From the NCBI RefSeq assembly GCF_009914755.1, contig NC_060935.1: a stretch of DNA of 64,000 nt. One strand, given 5' to 3'. The first letter of the stretch is position 1; every line of letters starts with the position of its first letter. This document shows, one piece after another, positions 56,050-64,000 of the stretch. A model generated the notes under the pieces. That model had not been told where the DNA came from. It worked only from the letters and a program-made list of their open reading frames with translations, and did not search any database. This DNA comes from the human T2T-CHM13v2.0 reference genome, Homo sapiens. A program made the position numbers and the translations under genes.

Positions 56050-57582
56050 TCATAATCCATTTTAAATAAATACATGTTTGAAAGATAGATATGAAATATT
56101 GTTTTAAAAATACCAAATAATCCTTTTCAATTGTACAGAGTTGTGGTATATGTGTGTGTGTGCATGTGTGTGTGTCTTTTTGCCTCTTTTTTCACTACAA
56201 AACCACAAAATGAGATATTCCATAACTGTGACACTAAGGTAGAACCTGATTTGAGTAATAAAATAATCAAATATTACTGTCCATTAGAATACATTTACAG
56301 AGGCAAAGAAAGAGAAAACAGATATTTTAAGGGAGAAAAAAGACACAAGACATAAAACTTGTTTTGCCAGATTATTCAATTTCATACCAGTCCAGTTTAT
56401 GAATTAATGTTTCATAGATTTTGCAAAAGCTCTTAGCCTGCTTCTCTAAAACCATAGGTTTAGAGATTGGAAATGATCTGTAGCGATGCCTTTGTCATAC
56501 ATACAACATTTATTTCATTAATAGGAGATGTTATTTTGGGGATTTATTGACTTTGTTTGGGTTCTTTAAACCTTTTTTATTAATCTTTTTTTAAAACGTG
56601 TTTATGAACCTGTAGAGAATCTACATCTCCCCTGAGATTATTTGCAAAATGGTCTGTGAAAATCCATGTTTGCATTTTCTAAGAAAAGGACCAGGGGGTT
56701 TTATAAGATTCTTTAAGAAGCATGTGAACTTGTTAAGAAAAACATTGGCTAATTCAACATAACAAATGCTAATTTATTTTCAAATATTTTTTGAAGTTTG
56801 GTGTTTGACATTTTTGTGTTCCTACTATGTATTAGGTACAACTGTTTTGTTTGTCTTGTATTCATTGTTTTGGGATCCCTCAGTTAAACTGCGGTCTCAG
56901 TACCAGAGCAGCTAGGAAACCTTCCCTAAGGGGAAATGAAAGGGAGCTGGACATGGATACTTACAGTGCACCTTTGATGGGATACTTATTTTATCTGGCA
57001 GATGGCTTAATGCCTTGTCATGCAACCCTCACACGGCAAATATCCTTAAGGCTCCTCTCTGATCTGTGTCCAGTTTGTGCCTGCCTGACCACAGCTCAAG
57101 GCACTGGAAACTTGACTTTTTTTCCCCATGTCCCAGAAAGAACTTGGCCTGGGGAAGCCCCTGGATCATCAGATGGAAGGCACAAATTCCATACACCACA
57201 ACAATAGGAAACAAATTCAAAGATTTTTACTTACAGATCCTAAGCAAGGAGTTCACAATGAGTTGGGAAGGTAGACCTCTGTCCTGGGTCACACAAGGGA
57301 AGAATGAAGGATCGAGTAGAGAGACAAGAACACATGAATACTAACAGTATATTTAAGGAAATAGAGAGGACCCTTTAAAATTAATGGGCAAATGCCTAAA
57401 TGATCCATGTAAAGCAGAGATCCTTGTCTGCTAGGCAGGAGAGTGCTTCTAAGTTCTTATTTATTTGGGGCCACTGGCTTGAGCCACTTGGGTATGGTGT
57501 AGAATTGCAAACTGAATCAAGGCTGACTGAGCCCTTCTTCTAGTATGAGAAAGTTAAACCTGTATTCAAAATGGATGCAACG

Positions 57583-58097
57583 TGTCTTAGTCTATTTTGT
57601 GTTGCTATACAGGAATACCCAAGGCTAGGTAATTTATAAAGTAAAAAGGGTTATTTGTCTGATAGCTGAAAAATCCAATGAACATCTATAGTTGGTGAGG
57701 GCTTCAGGTTGTTTCCACTCATGGTAGAAGGTGAAGGGAGGCCCCTGTGTACAGATCACATAGTGAAAGATGAAGTAAGAGAGAGGAGGGATGGGCCAGG
57801 CTCTTTTCAACAACCTACTCTTGGTTAAGGCTGTGGTGAGCTGTGATTGCACCACTGCACTCCAGCCCAAGTGATAGAGTGAGACCCTGTCTCAAAACAA
57901 ACAGCAACAACAACAAAACAATAATAACAATAATTTAAAAACTGGCTCTGGCAGGAACGAATAGAATGAAAACTTTCGCCATAGGGAGGGCATTCACCTA
58001 TATGCGATCCAAACACTTCCCATTAGACCCCATCTCCAACAATGGGGATCAAATTTCAACGTGAGGTTTGTAGGGGGCAGATATCCAAAACATAGCA
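57583..58097 (-). mobile_element. MSTB-like MaLR solo LTR, interrupted by an Alu fragment
   Basis: TGTCTTAGTCTATTTTGTGTTGCTATACAGGAATACCC..ATCAAATTTCAACGTGAGGTTTG..ATATCCAAAACATAGCA. Confidence 0.88.
57823..57941 (+). mobile_element. 5'-truncated Alu (right-arm 3' end with CAA-rich tail)
   Basis: AGGCTGTGGTGAGCTGTGATTGCACCACTGCACTCCAGCC..GAGACCCTGTCTCAAAACAAACAGCAAC. Confidence 0.88.
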
Positions 58098-60307
58098 TGG
58101 AGGCAATATGAAATTTTAAGAATTCACTATATAACACAGTAAGTAAAAATATTGGCAATATCTATTTGAAAATTTGCCTATTTAGAAAATACCACAACAT
58201 AAGATGGAAAGAAAAAAAACTGGATGGACACTGGTCTTTTCCCGTTGAGGTAAGCCGAAATTTTATTTTATAATAATGAAATGATACAATGGATATAGCT
58301 TGATGTGTCACGTGGAGAGGTATTGAATTATGTTGCATCAGCTATGTAACCACTTTTGGCGTAATATCCAGAAAATAGAAGAAACAAAATGTTTATGAGT
58401 CTTCCTATACAACTTTAATAAAGCAACATCTAGCAAAGGTACCTAACTTGACAACAGATACTAAAGCCTTTGCACTAAAATTCACAGGGTAAGTAAATCA
58501 AACATTCTAGACATGAGAAATATAAAATCAATTAAAGACAAACTGATGCCTTAATAGATTCTGCCATTGATATCAACCTACAAAAAAATGGTAGAACTCC
58601 TTACAGAGTTTCTCCAAAGTCCAATTGATGTCATCATATGTAAGTTTAGTTGACATCCAGCAGCATTTTAATTGGCTATATTCTTTATTTCTAAAGGGCA
58701 ATTTTATGCACGATATCTAGGTATTCTGTGTTTGCTATTGCATTGACCTTTAGAGATTCTTAGAAATAGTTTTTGAGGTTGTATTTCATTTATTCCAGAT
58801 CAAAAATAGCTTATTAAATTGCTTCCTTTGAGATAATAACCATTTATAGAGAAGTGTATATGGACCTACTAAGGCTGTGTTAATTATATCCAAAGCAATT
58901 ACCAATACTATTGAACTTAGGTCATGGACTTTTAGTTTGTTCACTTAGTTTTAGCTTTTCATTGTGTTCCCTTGTCTTGCTTCATAAATATAAAATGACC
59001 AATTATGGTGGGAATATTTAATTGGCAAACAATGTTTAAAATAGCAAATGAAATAAAATTATTTTTATAAAGGGTATGGAGATCTCATGGGAGTTTGTTT
59101 GGAATCTATGTTGTGGCAGGTCTTTATCTTATTTTCACCTTAAAAAAATCATTCATGATTGGGAGAAAATCAAGCCTTATTAAAAAGTGCAGCAACTTGG
59201 AAAGATCACACAAGTATTTAGTGATGAATCTGGTTTAAATCCAGTGCCATGGGTTCCATAAAGTGTTTTTTTGTTTGTTTTTTCTCTTATTTAGTAATAT
59301 CACCTCAGCAAAGTATCATTGCCTACTACCAAACTGTGTATTTCCTACTACCAAACTATGAAATCAGATTGTCTTATGATTTGAAATAATCAGTGCATAT
59401 TATTAATTAGCCCCGTAGTAAAATTTAGACAAAAATAATTAACTCATGAAAAGCCTTTAAAGATAAGGTCTCTGACCTTCAAGGTATCAGCATATTCCTC
59501 CCTGAATTGTCTCAGCTGCTAAAGGATAGTTGAAACTTTGCTAATACATGGCTGGAGAGTGTGTAAAGTCTGCACTGATGACAAGATAGGAAAACAGGCT
59601 TCTGAGCCAGATAAAAAGATTTGGTAGTACTGGTTCCTTCAGTACTAATTGTATGAAGTCGGGTAAATCATTTAACTTATTTAAATTTTCTTATTTATAC
59701 ATTTAAGGTAATAACATTACCTACATTTTCAAGGTTTTGTTCTAGTATGCATAAACCTTGTACCACAAGCTGGAATATGGTAATTACTAAAAATAAACAA
59801 ACAAACAAAAAACTAGTATGTGAAAGAATTTCTTCATTTTAAAAGGACAAAAACTCAAACCATCTTAATGTAAAAGTAAACCTGTGGCATGTATAACTAG
59901 GAATTCCAAAGAGCAGTACTAGCTTTAGGCATGGATGGATCCAGGGGTTTAAATAATACATTTAAACAGAATTCTGCTTTTCCCTCTCTCAGATCTGTAT
60001 GCGTCTGCCTGGGCTTTGTAGACAAGCTCCTTCTATGGCTCTTTAATATGGCTATTATGAGGCTGAATCTACCAATGGCCCTCTACTACTTCACAATTCC
60101 AGAGAGAGTATGAACAAGCCAACATAACGGAGACCTGAGTGGTCTCGCTTAAGTTGCATGTTACGACTGCAATAATCACTGGCTAGAGAGATGAAGCTCT
60201 GATTAGCCAGTCTGAGCCATGCACCCCACCCATAAGCTCCTGCAGTCAAAGCTAGTGGGGTAATAGTATGAAAAAAAGAGAAAAGAATGCTAGGTAAACA
60301 CATAGAT

Positions 60308-60380
60308 ACACACACACACACACACACACCACCACCACCACCACCACCACCACCACCACCACCACCACCACAACAACAAT
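60308..60380. repeat. Compound (AC)11(ACC)14(AAC)n microsatellite
   Basis: Read directly. Confidence 0.95.
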
Positions 60381-62227
60381 AAATATCCAGCATAGACGTC
60401 TATTATCCTATGCCTTTGCTTTTTTGGAACTAAATATAATTTGCAGTTAATTTTATTCTAGGCTGGCCAAATCTGTGCATAGGCATTAGGTACTTAATTC
60501 TTGTTCATTAATGGACTGTTCATTCCATGGGAAAATATTTGTCTAGTGTAAATTAATACCATTCTAATGTAAACATTAGTCTAAGGGAAAATTAATTCTT
60601 CTGGAAAGTAAAATAGCATTAGAAAATAATTTTAAAAACATATTTACTTTCAACTTTTAATTAGTAGCTTTCTTAATTATGAAAAAAATTCCTAACCTCT
60701 TTGTCCACTTTTGCCATCTATAAAATGGGTATAGTTTTGCATATAAAAGTATATAGAGTAATGTACCAAAAGAGTTTAACAAATCCCCTGTCTTTAGTAA
60801 ACTTTTCACAAACAGCAGCTTAATTGTTAATGACATGATGTATTAAGAGACACTAGATAAATTACAGAGCATCAATATATTTTTCAAAGTTGTTTTAAAA
60901 AATATGTTTCAGCTACACATTATTAGTGTCTCTTAGAACCTTTATGAACCCTGGTTTCTTCATCTTTGTAACTTGTGGCAATGATAACACCTGTTTTATA
61001 ATGAAATCAACAGAAAGTATCCTTGTCTTGCTCTACACATAATTATTTGAGATCTTACAGATAATTATTCAGCTTCTACAAATGTACAACAAACTAGATT
61101 AGAAACTGAAAACGCAAATAAAAAATGGTCCTTGCTTTTGAGTAAATTAAAGGATGACAGGTAAGACGGTGAGAATAACTATTCATTTTTATTTGTTATT
61201 TTGGCTTCAGAGATGCATACTTCCTGAGGGTACCACCTGTTGTTTAATCTTAATAACATGAAAATAAATTAGAAAACACAGGACATTATTCTCTGAATTA
61301 AAATATCAACAAATATCTTCTTACTTAATGAAACTGATCGTAAATTATGATATATTAAATGCCTGGTATACATAAAAGAAAGTTTAAAGTTTAGAGATAT
61401 ATAATGGAAGAAAGTACACATTCCTGCATATATATCAGAGAATACACTTTGGATTTTTTGTTGTTGTTGTTAAAGAAAGGCCTTACTCACAATTGCTAGG
61501 TGGGTTGGAGGTAGAGAAAAAAATGAAATAACTAAGATAGGGTAAATGAGTAGCCATATTAGTGTTAACTCACAACCAGGGGATGGAATTATTTATGTTA
61601 TTGTGTAGATGAAATGGGTTAAACAAATAACTTTTGAATGTGGGGACCAATCCTGCTGCTTAAAGAGGTGGAACAGAAGCAGTGACTTATGGAAGCTCAT
61701 CCAAAAAACCAAGACCAAGTGTGTAAAGGACAACTCTGGTTGAATTCTTAGAGGAATTTAAGATCCAAGTAGGAAAATATGTATCAGACAATCAAATAAT
61801 AACTGATGAAAACTGGTGTAGTAATATCAACATGAGCCAGAAAGGAATCTTAAATACAATTAAAAATAAGGAATAACAGAAGCAGGAATACTATATAATA
61901 AACAAAGTTAGATTTATCTAGGTAATTTCATTTAAAATAAAGATGGCCAGTCACAGAAACTGGAAATCATAAAGATAATGATAATAGATAAGATTTTTTG
62001 AGGTAATGACTATAGACTGTACAAAGCAATAGGAGCATATGGTAAGCATTATTTTGTTTACATTTTATAATTTAGGAAACTGATGCCCAGGAATCTTGAA
62101 TAACTTGTCCCATGTTTTCTATTAATAAGAGATTAAAACAGGTCTTGAACTCAGGTATCTTTGCTCCAGAATCCTTACACATAACCACTGGGCCACAGAG
62201 TAGGAATGGGATGAAAATGCAGATCTT

Positions 62228-62538
62228 GGCTGGGTGTGGTGGCTCATGCCTGTAATCCCAACACTTTGGGAGGCTGAGGAGTGTGGATCAACTGAAGTCA
62301 GGAGTTCAAGACCAGCCTGACCACCATGGTGAAACCTTGTCTTTACTTAAAAAAAAAAAAAAAAAAAAATTAGCTGGGTATGGTAGTGAACATCTGTAAT
62401 CCCAGCTATTCAGGAGGCTGAGGCAGGAGAATCGCCTGAACCCAAGGGGCAGAGGTTGCAGTGAGCCAAGACCTAGCCATTGCACTCCAACCTGGACAAC
62501 AAGAGTGAAACTCCCTATCAAAGAAAAAAAAAAAGAAA
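62228..62538 (+). mobile_element. AluS (Sq-like) with expanded middle A tract
   Basis: Full dimer, ACAACAAGAGTGAAACTCC; perfect 15-bp TSD GAAAATGCAGATCTT (62213-62227, 62539-62553). Confidence 0.93.
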
Positions 62539-64000
62539 GAAAATGCAGATCTTAACCACTCTCTGGAGGACAGAGCAGCTCTCCATTGGGATCAAAGACC
62601 TAGAAAACAGGAAGTCTTAAAACCTCAAATGCATATGCAGAAAGAGACGTGTAAAGGCATAAATCTGACCTGTCTTTTTGCTTGATCCCATGTGTAGCAC
62701 ATAGGAGGTTGTCAATACAAATGTTTAAATGTGAATTGATGCGGATTGTCCTCCCCAAAGAGGATGGAATGCTCTGTTGCCATCCAAAACCTTATTGAAG
62801 TATCTATGTGTCCCACTGGCCTCCGGTGGTTGCAGCCGCTAAATGAAAATGTTTAACATACTCCTTCTGAACCAAATCAATTAATGTAAAAGGAGCAGCT
62901 ATCCTATGAAAATTCTACTGGATTCGGGTCACTGGGCTCTTCTTCAAGGGCTAGAGGACCATTGTAAGAGAGTGAGGTGATGGGACTAAGACCCCAGGGT
63001 TGTAGCAGGATTTAATTTCCGCCACTGCTTATAATTTAATCTTAGTTATCCATTGAATTTATCATTTTGAGTAGTGTAGAGAAATAATATATGCCTTTTG
63101 ACTGAATGATCTTATTCAAAATATGACAAATGGAAAATTGAAAAGTAAAAAAGTATTAAGATTCTTTCAGAATAAAAATAAACTATTTTCTAATAGGACA
63201 TTAGGCTACAAATCTGCCATTTAGTGGGATTATAAGACTGAATTTATTATTTAAAAGCTTTATTTAATTACTAAGATTTGTTGAAATTTGGGTTTTTCTT
63301 CTGTGAATTGAGGTTGGTAGATCTCATAAATTCCTTAATTCTGTGATTTTTAAGTTGGAGTCTACCGTTTTATTGCAGCCTTTTTATGGGCAGATAGTCT
63401 TCTCTCTCTTATTCATTTATGTGTTCTTTTGTTCATTATCTAACCAACAATGAACAGTGTCGCTATATTCAGAAACTATTCTAAGAAACAAGGACACAGG
63501 AAGGAACGACAATAGTACTACTAAACTGACACTACTCTCCCTTTTTTACATACCTCCAGACACTAAATAAAGCCAACTGCAAAAGGTATATGATGATAAA
63601 GCCGGTCAATAATGAGGAATAAATTAGAAATAGTAGACTCCTAGGAGAAGCATGCACTCAGATTCAGTCCATCATCTCCTAATATAAGAGAGAAAAAGAC
63701 TACCGCATTTGAATGGTGGTTGGGCTTCAAGAGTGTTGCTTACTTTTGCTTATATTTAGGCATGACCAGAAAACCTGTATAAATATAGAGAGGACTGTTA
63801 AGACAAACATTAAAATAAATAAATTTAATGTTTTCATGTTCCTCATTGGATCTCTGGGAAATGAAAGAAAAGAGATATGTAAGTTGATGTGGGGATCAAT
63901 GAATAACTAAATGTTCCTTTCTGAAAGAGTAGTGAGTGGAAATATTTCTTCTTTGGTTGGATACCAGATGGAACAATGTGTCCCTAGGAGGTGAATCACT

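Larger units (their letters stand above)
56866..58131 (-). mobile_element. ERV1-class solo LTR (family uncertain, MER67-like), interrupted by MSTB
   Basis: Minus strand starts TATAGTGAATTCTTAAAATTTCATATTGCCTCC, continues after the MST as GCATCCATTTTGAATACAGGTTTAACTTTCTCATAC and ends ..CCCAAAACA. Confidence 0.6.

Overview
AT-rich, CpG-poor primate (human-like) nuclear DNA, probably intergenic or deep intronic. I found no intact cellular protein-coding gene; all long ORFs belong to L1s, Alus, simple repeats or mitochondrial pseudogenes. Main contents: (1) a full-length, inactivated L1PA3/L1PA4-type LINE-1 on the minus strand (~1102-7230) with a target-site duplication, the ancestral 129-bp 5'UTR segment and an open antisense ORF0. 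(2) A ~5.8-kb old, collinear NUMT (~18380-24149) running from the COX3 3' end through tRNA-Gly, ND3, tRNA-Arg, ND4L, ND4, tRNA-His/Ser/Leu, ND5, ND6 and tRNA-Glu to the 5' three-quarters of CYTB. It sits inside an older L1 and keeps mtDNA states that look older than catarrhine mtDNA. (3) Many Alus, MaLR/ERV solo LTRs (one triply nested), DNA-transposon fossils, MIR/L2 remnants and microsatellites, including a (CG)7TG(CA)14 Z-DNA-type tract. I see no support for a new biological system; the best leads are the NUMT as a mitochondrial fossil and the L1 antisense promoter/ORF0. Repeat subfamily names are recalled from consensus sequences and need RepeatMasker/Dfam confirmation.
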